Below, in pieces: positions 10,001 through 18,713 of a stretch of DNA of 63,242 bases. Source of the DNA: a virus (taxonomy: Duplodnaviria > Caudoviricetes); IMG/VR virus record IMGVR_UViG_3300032294_001820, positions 1 through 63,242 of that record. One strand, given 5' to 3'. The position numbers were made by a program, and so were the translations under genes. Under the pieces are notes generated by a model, which was not told where the DNA came from, ran no database searches, and saw only the letters and a program-made list of their open reading frames with translations. Position 1 is the stretch's first letter. Each line of letters starts with the position of its first letter.

Positions 10001-13000
10001 AGGAGCCTGTGTTTTGTTTGGCTGTCCGGCAGTTCCGATTTGTCCTTTATTATTTCCCGAAGGAGAAACAACACCCTCTGCAAGTTTGCGAACACTATTG
10101 ATTATGTTTACAATATCGTCTTTATCGGGATTCAATGATGTTTGACCTGATTGTGCCAACATTTGATTAACCTCTAAGATAGCATTGTCAACTACCTTTT
10201 TTATTTGAGAGGCTACCCCTGCACTTGATAGTTTAGTTTGCTTTAACAGTATCTGTAAGTTCTTCCAAGCGATTTGAGCAAGCAATGATACCTGTTGTGG
10301 GTTAAGGTTCATTGTAGCCTTGCCCATTTCTTTTTTGAACTGCTGTATTAAAGAATCTCTTTCAGACTTTAAGGTATCAATATCAGATTTATCTAAAGCC
10401 TCCGTAAGTGCCTTATAATTCCCATCATTTAGAAGGAATGCCTTAAACTTCGCAGGGGTATCGAGGGTTATTTCTTGCCCACCGATTTTCAGGGTTTTGC
10501 CATCGTAGATTCCTGCTTTTCGGGCTCTATCTGATAAGTCTTGGCTGTTATCGAATGCCCTTTTGAGTTCCTTGTTAGTCGGCTTTGCGAGTGCGAGTTC
10601 ACGCCCTTTTTCTGGGGCTTTTTCTATTTTCTCAACTTGTGCTACATCTGTGGCGTTGATAGGGGTGATGGTGGGTTGGGGAGTGGTGGGAGATATTAAT
10701 TCTGTTATTTCTGCATCAGACAATCCAAGCGATTTCAAATCTTTTTTTGCCGATTCCATTTCTAATTCAGCATTTTTAATTTGATTCTTCCTACGCCTTT
10801 CGTTTACACTATTTACGCTAACATCCCTACCTTCTAACTCTCCACCAACTGAAACATTTAGATTTCCTGCTGATTTATATACTCTGCTTTCCCAATCTTC
10901 TTTTACTTTCTTGGCATTATTATATTGCTCTACAAGTTTCTTCTTTGCTTCTTGGTATGTTCTTGCCCACTTCTTATCGAATGAAGATTCTTGGTATCTT
11001 AATTCCCTTTCTTCATCTATGGGTAGTGGTTCAGCATTTTTAGCATCAGAAACTAATTTGTCAAAATCAACGCCTTTGGTTAATTCCTCTATATTGCTTA
11101 AATCCTCAACTACCTCCCCTTTGGCTTCCGTGGCTGTGGCTTCGCCTTTACCTTGTTGGGTAGGGCTTTCAGGTTTTGCTTGGGGTTTTCCTTCCGCCAC
11201 TTCCGGGCTAACTCCGGCTTTTGGCTGAACAGGAACTTTTGCTGTGCTTTCGATTTGAACGGCATTTTGTCCTCCTTGTGTTTTCTGTCTTTCTTTTATT
11301 TCTTTTACCTTGGCTTCTATCATTGGTCTAACACGGTCAGCATTATCTTTAGATGCCTGTGTTGCTTTATTATCCTCCATAAATCGAGGACTATTAAACC
11401 AATCTTCTGCGGCTTTTAATGTTAGTGTGTCTTCAATATTATCAGGAAGATTACCATTATCTTTAATCATAGCCATGGTATATCCTGTACGACCACCAAA
11501 TTGTTCATACCCTACTATTGCAACAACCCATGTATTATTTTTTGAATCCTTTTTTCTATATACAACAACCCCGTTATCAAACAATTTGCTTGTTTCTGTT
11601 GGCGTCCTTACATCTACTGCATTGTATGTTGATGGTTTAAACCCTCCATCCGCCTTTGCTGTTTCTATATTTTTTGCTACATCTTCTTCCACATCCGCCA
11701 AAGCCTTCGGTTGTCCCTGAACTTGTTGGGGTTGGGAGGAAGGTTTAGAGTATTTCTTTATATCGCTACTTGACAATAAAACAACCTCATTTGCAAACCT
11801 TGAACCTTTAGGGTACTTAAACGCATCAAACCCTTTTGCTTTCAATAAATCAAAAATCTTCTTGTCAATATTAGTCCATTTATCTTTTGATTTGCGTGTG
11901 TCAAATACGAAGTCAGGACTTTTAGAAATTAGGGCATCAATTTCAGTATCCCCACCTATATAGATTTTGCTTTGAGGAACTTCAATCTCTACAACTTCTT
12001 TTGCATCTTTTGAAAATACATCAGGAGTTTCAGTGTAATTACCGCCTTCTTCTTCGCTAACTATATTTTCATCAAAGAAACTAATTGGATTATCTATATC
12101 CGTTAATCCCTCCCTTGAATAATGAGTCAGTTTTACAACAGGTTCGTTTTTAATATCCTCCGCAACTACTTCCCCTTCCGCATTGGCTTGGGCTTGCCCT
12201 GTTTCTTGGGGACGCAATTGGGTACTTTCTTGCCCGACTTGACCTTGGTTCCCACCATCTCGTACCCCTTCCAACATGGGGACTTCTTGTTTGCCTGTTT
12301 CATTTTCTTGTATGGTTAGTTGTTGTTGTGCTGATTGTGGAGTTACTATAACCTCCCCTGAACTCGGTAGTACATTAACACCTCCTCGTACCCTACGGGC
12401 TTGCCTTATACTTTCCCCTTGTCCTTTCGGAGTTATCGTGGCTTGACCTTTAGGTTCTTGACCGGCAGGTAATGTCTTGACACCCTCCCTTACCGCAGGA
12501 ACCCTGTCTTGAACTGAACCTGCTTCTACTTCCTGAATGAACTTCTGACCTTCGGTATTCGCCTTGTCAATATCAGCAAGCATTCCCGACAAAATATTTA
12601 AGGTAGCACCTTTTTCAGCATCTGACAAAGCGTTGTTTCTAATTACTTTTGGGAACAACCCATTAGCCCATTGATAAGCACCATGTAACGCATCTGGACT
12701 AACCATAACCCCATCTGCAATCTTATCAAATATAGACTCCAATTCAGAAGTCATTTCATTTAGTGGATTTGTTTCAGAAGGTTTATTGTCATTGAAATAT
12801 GTTTGGGCTTCTGGAAGATTTGCAACCTCGTATGGCGAAGGTGTTACTATTGTCTGGCCAGATGAAGGAGTTCCTCCGCCTCCCATTGGAATAGCCTTTT
12901 TATCCTTTGCTGTTTGAGTTCTTTCTGGCAATAGACCTGCAACTTTAGAACCGCCCTCCGTTAAAAGTAACTGATTATCTAACGCCTGTAACTTATCCTG

Positions 13001-14578
13001 AACAAGAGTTTCAGCCTTATTAATATCCTCTAACTCCGCAATCGCCTCTTGTTGGGTTATTTCTCCATTCTGAACCTGTTGTCTTATTTTTGCTCGTTTG
13101 CCTGTTAGTGCGGTTAATACTGAACCTAAAACAAAACCTGTTGCACCTCCACCCTCTGCACTCTCATATAAACCACTTGTTAACCTTTGAGCCTCGTTAT
13201 AAGTCTGTCCTATTCCGGCATTAAGAACCAACTGCTGTAAGGTTTCCTGTATGGCTTCCTCAGCACCCTGAACACCGCCTTGCTTGAAAGCATCTATAAC
13301 AACATTCGTTACAGGTTTCCCAAGTCTTGCCATTAACCTTTCCAATGGAATAGCCTCCAAAGAACCTGCGAACAAAGCCGTAGGTATTATTGAACTTGCT
13401 ACTTCGTCCTCAGTTGTATTCCTTAATGATTCCCAAGAATTACCTGCATCTTTAGCATTTTCACCGGCTGTAACTCGTTCAAGAACATAAGCGTCCTTAT
13501 CCATTGAGTTAGCCATTTTGTGCAATTGTCGTGCAGCTTGTGTTTCTGCACCAACCATTTGAAATGCACCTGCAACAGAAGGTCTGCTAAATAATTGCTT
13601 CGCACCATTGGCTATTAATTGTCTATTAGTTAATGCCCCTCTGCCAAGTTTCATAATGCCACCTGCCGGATTTAAGCCTCCCTGAACCATTATTGAACCA
13701 ACTTGACCCAATGCCGTTGCAACCGTTCCTGTAAGTCCACCTGCGTATTCAGGGTTTCTATAAATGTCTTTTTCAGCAAAGTTTTCTAATCCCTTCCCTG
13801 CTTGATAAATCCATGAATCTTCAGGTTTAGAAAGCATTGAATAACTACCCTCTAATGGAGTTCCTTTAAGTGCATTGACAATTTTATTATCAAGACTATA
13901 TCCTAATTCAGAAATTCCCCTTAACTCACTTCCAATACCACCGATAAGTCCTGCCTCAAATTCACCAAGTTTAGTAACACCAAATTGATATGGATTAACC
14001 TCAGAACTTTGTGGAGCAGAAACGGGAATTACCGATTCTCCACTTACCCCAGTTACCTGTGGCTGAACTCCTGCCATCTGTGGCTTTTCGGAAGCAACAG
14101 GAGGCTTCGCTTCTGCACCACGAGTATCCGTAATTTGAAATTGCCCTGCACCAAGCCCTTGACCTTGTGGCATTCCTCCCTGAACCTGTCCTGCCTGTTG
14201 TTCAATCGGTGCTATTTGCGTTTCGGCAGAAGTGGCTTTTGGTTGGTTGGTTGGAACATTAGAAACAGGAGGTAATACCGGTTGACCAGAAACAGGTGTA
14301 CCCATCTTTTTTATTTCTGCAACTTCCGGTATATCTTCTGCTATTTCAGGCTGTGTCGGGAATTGACCAACTTGCAAAACAGAGTTAAATTCATTTTCGT
14401 TAGGAACCCCTTTTACAATGTTTAATTCAGCAGCAGTCTTTAGTCCACTATAAACAATTTTGGCATAATTATCATCTCGTATTTTGAGATTGAACGCCTC
14501 AAATGATGTTTCAGGCTGAACAACACCTGCCCTGACAAGTGAATCGTAATATGCTTTTTTTTTACTTTCGTCTGCCAT
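7058..14578 (-). CDS. Giant polyvalent internal virion (ejected cargo) protein with ART-like and LPD38-like regions
   Basis: 2506 aa. G/A-rich hydrophobic helices, an ART-like module near 11755-12140, and a C-terminal LNPLIKYPLERIANKNFF...ISPIAIDHFF segment resembling LPD38. Confidence 0.7.
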   Translation of the reverse strand: MADESKKKAYYDSLVRAGVVQPETSFEAFNLKIRDDNYAKIVYSGLKTAAELNIVKGVPNENEFNSVLQVGQFPTQPEIAEDIPEVAEIKKMGTPVSGQPVLPPVSNVPTNQPKATSAETQIAPIEQQAGQVQGGMPQGQGLGAGQFQITDTRGAEAKPPVASEKPQMAGVQPQVTGVSGESVIPVSAPQSSEVNPYQFGVTKLGEFEAGLIGGIGSELRGISELGYSLDNKIVNALKGTPLEGSYSMLSKPEDSWIYQAGKGLENFAEKDIYRNPEYAGGLTGTVATALGQVGSIMVQGGLNPAGGIMKLGRGALTNRQLIANGAKQLFSRPSVAGAFQMVGAETQAARQLHKMANSMDKDAYVLERVTAGENAKDAGNSWESLRNTTEDEVASSIIPTALFAGSLEAIPLERLMARLGKPVTNVVIDAFKQGGVQGAEEAIQETLQQLVLNAGIGQTYNEAQRLTSGLYESAEGGGATGFVLGSVLTALTGKRAKIRQQVQNGEITQQEAIAELEDINKAETLVQDKLQALDNQLLLTEGGSKVAGLLPERTQTAKDKKAIPMGGGGTPSSGQTIVTPSPYEVANLPEAQTYFNDNKPSETNPLNEMTSELESIFDKIADGVMVSPDALHGAYQWANGLFPKVIRNNALSDAEKGATLNILSGMLADIDKANTEGQKFIQEVEAGSVQDRVPAVREGVKTLPAGQEPKGQATITPKGQGESIRQARRVRGGVNVLPSSGEVIVTPQSAQQQLTIQENETGKQEVPMLEGVRDGGNQGQVGQESTQLRPQETGQAQANAEGEVVAEDIKNEPVVKLTHYSREGLTDIDNPISFFDENIVSEEEGGNYTETPDVFSKDAKEVVEIEVPQSKIYIGGDTEIDALISKSPDFVFDTRKSKDKWTNIDKKIFDLLKAKGFDAFKYPKGSRFANEVVLLSSSDIKKYSKPSSQPQQVQGQPKALADVEEDVAKNIETAKADGGFKPSTYNAVDVRTPTETSKLFDNGVVVYRKKDSKNNTWVVAIVGYEQFGGRTGYTMAMIKDNGNLPDNIEDTLTLKAAEDWFNSPRFMEDNKATQASKDNADRVRPMIEAKVKEIKERQKTQGGQNAVQIESTAKVPVQPKAGVSPEVAEGKPQAKPESPTQQGKGEATATEAKGEVVEDLSNIEELTKGVDFDKLVSDAKNAEPLPIDEERELRYQESSFDKKWARTYQEAKKKLVEQYNNAKKVKEDWESRVYKSAGNLNVSVGGELEGRDVSVNSVNERRRKNQIKNAELEMESAKKDLKSLGLSDAEITELISPTTPQPTITPINATDVAQVEKIEKAPEKGRELALAKPTNKELKRAFDNSQDLSDRARKAGIYDGKTLKIGGQEITLDTPAKFKAFLLNDGNYKALTEALDKSDIDTLKSERDSLIQQFKKEMGKATMNLNPQQVSLLAQIAWKNLQILLKQTKLSSAGVASQIKKVVDNAILEVNQMLAQSGQTSLNPDKDDIVNIINSVRKLAEGVVSPSGNNKGQIGTAGQPNKTQAPIYTKEQEELARQMEKKMDEGKPFISRSEPFWTAVKRKTAELRQKLDSPKELLNFVEKMIGTTPGSSYNRTRELPLGRAMEQLRGKARSLALPYMERISEILKPIESNLPDFEKYLIYRRIIDRAIQDKANQEAYNQGLLKKRPVRRTTGGITETNADILLNDLRNKIGADMFDKFTQAGDDLQQVFDDNLKDLVDAGVLTQDRYDAIKAQNEFYIPFDVVQRDFRGNVITGTEYDRTNAQGQSVIKKITGVDTPKNAADADKTVEIFYKMMQNGDIDVDSYYYLATEKITDARNQGNITQQEYEELMDSLSEPGLELHSPLNKTLNIINASQYQVARQGYMEDVDRLIDADTNNDYFKRLEDGEKLPSGMAIITYYKDGVQQRVAVDEKLKQAIDGMTKPELSAFEQVLKFGSFWFKIAATSASVTFLPTNFVIDTVRTLTSKAGLGSGANITERVASVVQVPVLYSEALVESIIGNLLNTKLGNALGLKSITPDFMFKEYEAWRKSPSYSEGTYMNYFTDKLKSGRTQNEIEDAKFLETVQRRTQTILGNPKTAKAISEAMLGARQKTRLTVDGLIDIINTISKILENSHKIYGNIKLSGTEAGVRRGLDTYIGGYIDKLHSKKRLTQAELENAIEEINDEILNNIGSPNFEQIPPNMRAASVMIPFLGAAVKGNMTDISRMMNAVNAGASAKERKDALIFSARNAAVFTIPAFMTGLAMALKSDDDEEKKMYDDMDENSKWKNMIIPIEREIEGEGVQADFVTIPIRGLPVIFNSIGRASGQAFGEAIKDKLSDEEIKRIVKDLLTSSGSEMMTFNLADKTYLSDIDPETGERKTKRKEEEWINRGMSAISGLNPLIKYPLERIANKNFFGKYPLLPENIRGKMLRNAIMNEVVDPKTGKPYSPSLLKNKFTPEYSVNLSKKLERNGVRISPIAIDHFFDTFLAGAPEKFDVGASELMNRRFLWKERKLAYGQKPKTN
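11110..11265 (-). CDS. Nested alternative-frame small basic protein (MPFKSKAQ type)
   Basis: Hand-translated MPFKSKAQQKFLFSQKPELARKWRKENPKQNLKALPNKVKAKPQPRKPKGR* (51 aa), preceded by AAGGAGGACAAA. Confidence 0.7.
   Translation of the reverse strand: MPFKSKAQQKFLFSQKPELARKWRKENPKQNLKALPNKVKAKPQPRKPKGR
12166..12303 (-). CDS. Nested alternative-frame small basic protein (PCWKGY...VPNCVP type)
   Basis: Hand-translated MKQANKKSPCWKGYEMVGTKVKSGKKVPNCVPKKQGKPKPMRKGK* (45 aa). Confidence 0.7.
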   Translation of the reverse strand: MKQANKKSPCWKGYEMVGTKVKSGKKVPNCVPKKQGKPKPMRKGK

Positions 14579-14586
14579 TGTTATTT

Positions 14587-17500
14587 CTATTGACCAAATG
14601 TAAATGGTTGTCCTGCTGATTTAGTTGACTCCTGCAATGTTTTTGCCTGTAAGACATCATCTGCAACTTTGAAGTTCTGAGTTATCGGGCCAATTGAATA
14701 AACCGTTTTTGATTTTCCGGGAACCGTTTGAATTCCAGATGATTTTGGCTCGTACTCAATGGTAATTTTTTGTTTTACAAACAACTCACTTCCGGTAGGA
14801 ACATCTTTTGAATCCCAAGGAACAAGTTTTCCATCAGGTGTCATAAGTACAATTTCCTGACCGACTAAACTACCTCCTGCTGCTCTTGTCGAAAAGTTAG
14901 TTTCATCTAAGCCAAAATCTGTCGGGTTTGAATTTCTGAAAGACTTGGTTTTTTCGTCATAAACCATATACTCCCCAAGCAAAGAAGGTTGTACTTTGAA
15001 ATTATACGGCTTAACATTTACTGGTTCAAATCCAATATACTCTTTTGTAATTTCACCTTGGTCGGAAATGCCTCTGAATATATTTTTAACAGCACCCTGT
15101 AAAGCACCAACTCTTTGTTGACCTTGCTGATTAGCCTTGTTTATTTTATCCAAAGCATCTTTTGTGCCACTAATAATACTATCACGCTGTTGGTTTATTC
15201 TTTCGTAGTAAGGCTTATTAGTAGTGGTTGCCCCTGAATTTACAATGATATTAGTATCGCTCTTACGATTCTCCGTAACTGTTCCTTGGCTATACTGTCT
15301 GCCAAATAAAGCAGCAATACCTCTGGCAATTCTTAATTTAGCATCTTCAACATTCTCTCCGGGAAGAACCAATTGTTCTGCTGCTGTTTTTTCTTGGTCA
15401 AAAAACGGCTGAACAATACCATCCATAACCTGTGGTAATGCAGCCTCAGTATATTTTTGAGTATACAGCCATGTATTAAAGTCAGGTGCTTTATCGCCTA
15501 AGTCTAATTTTACGGCTTCAAAAACCTTTTGATCTTCCGGTGTATAGTTTTTCAATTGCTCCGGTGTAGGAATATAGTCAGTTGGTTTTAACTTACCCAT
15601 ATTTTCCTGCTTGAATTTCTCCCATTTATCCGCAGTAATAAACTGTTGCTCTAACTTGTTTAAGTCTTCGCCACTTATTAATCCATCAGCATAAGCACCC
15701 GCACCATTCATGAAGTTAGTTGCAGCCCTAACGCCTTCGGGAGAAAAGTACATAGTAGTAGATTTTTCTTGGGCGTTTTTTAAGAAATCTTTTGCCCTAT
15801 CAGCCGTTTGGTCAATACTCTTTGCAATGCCATTGTATTTGTTTTCTATTTCAGCAAGTTTACCACTTTGCTTTAGGTTTCGCATAGCTATTTGCCTATT
15901 GCCCCCAGCCTGTTTAACAGCTTCGTTAACTACACTTGTTATTTCATTAGTAAAATCACCTCTGAATCTTTGAATATACGCCCCTGTTTTTATTTCAGGA
16001 ATTTTAAGTTGCATTATATTGCTTTTGGCTTCGTCAAGTTCTGCTTGTGCCCTTGCTTTTCGCTGTGCATCGTAAGCCGCCATTGGGAACTGTGCCCCTG
16101 CACCTGAAAATATCGGGTCGCCCCAAGCAGTACGGCTTTCAGAAAATGGTTGATTGGGATAGTAGTCTTCATTCTTCAAGTCAGGCATAGCAGCCTGTCT
16201 ACGAAGTTTGCGAGCATAGACATCATCATCGAATCCTGAACCACCTATTTCGATAAGGTCTTCAATAGACTTGCTTTTTACGCCTTTTTTGTCAGTGGTT
16301 TCTACTACTTGCCCCGGCATCACACGAACAAACTCACTTCCTGCACCAAGGTTAATTACACCACCCCCAACTATTCCCGGAGTAGAACCCGGAGGAGGAG
16401 CAGTTCCACCACCTCTTGTGTTTGCAACTCCTATTTCACCGCCTGTTGTTTGAGTGCCTATTGTTTGAGTGCCTGTTTGAGTGCCTGTTTGGTTGGTATT
16501 TTGCGTAAGTCCGCTATCAAATGTAGTAGCAGGAGGATTATTTGGGTCAAATTGAAAATTCTGAACACCATTTACACTATCGCTTATAGTACCCGTTTCC
16601 GTTCCTGTCGTTCCATCTAATGTCATCCCTGCATCCTCAAATGAGGAAATATCGTTTTGATTTTCTTCGTTAAACCCGAATAGTGATTTTAACTTCCCTA
16701 ATACGCTCATTTTTTGTTTTGGTTGTTGTACCGCTTGTGTATTTGGTTGCGTTACCGGTGTACTATTAACTCCTTGTTGATTTGCAACCGTTTTAGCCGC
16801 TACATCCTGAGCTTTAATCGCATTAGGGTCAGTATATACTCCAGGCTCAACATTGTCAGCAATAGCCATCATTTCGTTCTGACGATTGCCAGAAACTCCA
16901 CCACTAACACTTGGTGCTTCCTCTTGAATTGCCAAGGCTTGTTGTGGAAATCCTTGCGTTCCTAATCCTCCTTGGATTGTTTTAGGTGTTGCTTGCGGTG
17001 TACTTGGCAATGGCTCACTACCTAAAGTTCCAACATTTACAAGCGGAGGCAAAGGAACTTTACTTGTAGTTTCGTTAGGAACAGGCGTTTGCGGAATAGA
17101 CTGTTTAGGCTTTGGCATTACAGGTGCAGAAGCAGGTACTTGCTCTGCCTGTTTTTGCATAAACTCTACCTGACCTTGTGGGGTAGAAGGAGGAATTATA
17201 GGTGGTGGAGGCGGCGTTTGTGCTTTTTCAGGGGCTTGTTTAGTTGTTTCTTGCGACTGTGTGACTGTGGGTTGCTGTTTAGATTCTCTACCATAATCCA
17301 TAAACTCACGCTCACTGACACCAAGTTCAACAGGAGGAAATTCAGAATTTAACTTGTCCTGTAATTCCTTTTTCTTGTTATAAAGAATACTTTCAAACCT
17401 ACTGCTTTTTGAAATTGTTGGGTGATTTTTTAACTCTTCAACCTCTTTATTGTATTCAGATACTCTTTGATTTCTTAGTTGTTGTTTTTTTTCTTGCTCT

Positions 17501-17964
17501 TTTTTTTCGTCTTCGGTTAATTGCTTTGCAGGAGCAACGGTTTCAGTAGTGGTAGGTTGTTTAACTTCTGTGTCTTTTGTAAGAGGAGGAGGAGAAGTTC
17601 TTTGAACAGGAACATCTTCAGTATCTTCCTCTGTATTGTTTTTATTGTCGCTTTCCGGGAAAAATTGATTAATTAAATCCTTTACCTTTTGTGTATATGA
17701 ACCCTTTGATTTAGCAAGAAACTCAACATCCTCTTTTGAGTATCCTGAATTTTTTCTACTAAGAGTGGGAATTACCTTCAAAATCCCCGCCTCTTTGTAT
17801 TCAGGTGTGTTTTCTACACACGATTGACTTTCATAATCCCAAACATATCCTTCAGGACAATCTCCTTTACGAGCTTTAATCTTTTCGCATTCTTTCGTAA
17901 TAGGATTCCATGAATACCCCTCTGGGCAGTCGTTTGTGCTACTTGTATTTCTTGGTTCTGCCAT
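14587..17964 (-). CDS. Internal virion / ejection protein with disordered P/Q/T-rich N-terminal half
   Basis: 1125 aa, located between the small ejection-like protein and the giant cargo gene. Two N-terminal CPEGYxW...C repeats. Confidence 0.6.
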   Translation of the reverse strand: MAEPRNTSSTNDCPEGYSWNPITKECEKIKARKGDCPEGYVWDYESQSCVENTPEYKEAGILKVIPTLSRKNSGYSKEDVEFLAKSKGSYTQKVKDLINQFFPESDNKNNTEEDTEDVPVQRTSPPPLTKDTEVKQPTTTETVAPAKQLTEDEKKEQEKKQQLRNQRVSEYNKEVEELKNHPTISKSSRFESILYNKKKELQDKLNSEFPPVELGVSEREFMDYGRESKQQPTVTQSQETTKQAPEKAQTPPPPPIIPPSTPQGQVEFMQKQAEQVPASAPVMPKPKQSIPQTPVPNETTSKVPLPPLVNVGTLGSEPLPSTPQATPKTIQGGLGTQGFPQQALAIQEEAPSVSGGVSGNRQNEMMAIADNVEPGVYTDPNAIKAQDVAAKTVANQQGVNSTPVTQPNTQAVQQPKQKMSVLGKLKSLFGFNEENQNDISSFEDAGMTLDGTTGTETGTISDSVNGVQNFQFDPNNPPATTFDSGLTQNTNQTGTQTGTQTIGTQTTGGEIGVANTRGGGTAPPPGSTPGIVGGGVINLGAGSEFVRVMPGQVVETTDKKGVKSKSIEDLIEIGGSGFDDDVYARKLRRQAAMPDLKNEDYYPNQPFSESRTAWGDPIFSGAGAQFPMAAYDAQRKARAQAELDEAKSNIMQLKIPEIKTGAYIQRFRGDFTNEITSVVNEAVKQAGGNRQIAMRNLKQSGKLAEIENKYNGIAKSIDQTADRAKDFLKNAQEKSTTMYFSPEGVRAATNFMNGAGAYADGLISGEDLNKLEQQFITADKWEKFKQENMGKLKPTDYIPTPEQLKNYTPEDQKVFEAVKLDLGDKAPDFNTWLYTQKYTEAALPQVMDGIVQPFFDQEKTAAEQLVLPGENVEDAKLRIARGIAALFGRQYSQGTVTENRKSDTNIIVNSGATTTNKPYYERINQQRDSIISGTKDALDKINKANQQGQQRVGALQGAVKNIFRGISDQGEITKEYIGFEPVNVKPYNFKVQPSLLGEYMVYDEKTKSFRNSNPTDFGLDETNFSTRAAGGSLVGQEIVLMTPDGKLVPWDSKDVPTGSELFVKQKITIEYEPKSSGIQTVPGKSKTVYSIGPITQNFKVADDVLQAKTLQESTKSAGQPFTFGQ

Positions 17965-17975
17965 TTTCTTTTATC

Positions 17976-18677
17976 TTATATCCCTAACGGCATTCCACCA
18001 AAACCCATAATAGGGGCATTTCCAGCAGCAGTAATTTGTTCCATATTCATAGATTGTGGACCAAAAGAACTTCCGTAAATTCCCTTTGTTCCAATTTCAG
18101 CACCGGTATTAGTAGATTTCCCTCCCCCCATCTTCGCCATCCCTGCCATAATTCCCTGTGTTCCTGCACCGATATTCTTTTCACTTCTCATACTCATGGC
18201 ATCAGCAGCCTTACTTTGAACCCTCATTCTGCGGTCAGCAACGGTTTCAAGCATATCGTTAAACATAGTCCTATAACTCTGTTCCTGTGCTTGCCCCTGT
18301 GCTAAAATATTATTCAAGGCATTACCCTGAATCCTACCTAACTGAGCATATTGACCAAGATTTCCACCTCTACTTAAAGCCTTAACTCCTGCACCCTGCA
18401 TCTGTGCTAAATCACGCATTTGATTGCTAATATTAGCCCCTGTCATAGCATTATTCGCCCTACGCTGATATTCCTGCATTGCAGTAACTTGTTGAGCATC
18501 TTCCTGTGCCGGTTGCATTTTCTTAGCCTTAGCCCGTTGAATATGCCCCTGAATAAGTTGTGCCCCTCCAATTGCCATTGGTAATCCTGCACCTTGCATA
18601 CCACCTCCACCACCTTGACCCCCACTTTGACCCATCATCATTGGTAACATTTTCATTAATAACGCTGGTGCTGGCAT
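17976..18677 (-). CDS. Small internal virion (DNA ejection / pilot) protein
   Basis: 233 aa, rich in G/A/M/Q, following the tail muzzle gene as in podoviruses. Confidence 0.6.
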   Translation of the reverse strand: MPAPALLMKMLPMMMGQSGGQGGGGGMQGAGLPMAIGGAQLIQGHIQRAKAKKMQPAQEDAQQVTAMQEYQRRANNAMTGANISNQMRDLAQMQGAGVKALSRGGNLGQYAQLGRIQGNALNNILAQGQAQEQSYRTMFNDMLETVADRRMRVQSKAADAMSMRSEKNIGAGTQGIMAGMAKMGGGKSTNTGAEIGTKGIYGSSFGPQSMNMEQITAAGNAPIMGFGGMPLGI

Positions 18678-18701
18678 AATTTCCTCCTTATTTTAACACT
18701 T

Positions 18702-18709
18702 CAAAAATA
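18702..18709 (-). promoter_or_regulatory. Bacteroidota -7 promoter box (TATTTTTG)
   Basis: TAnnTTTG in the intergenic gap upstream of 18677. Confidence 0.5.
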
Positions 18710-18713
18710 CACA

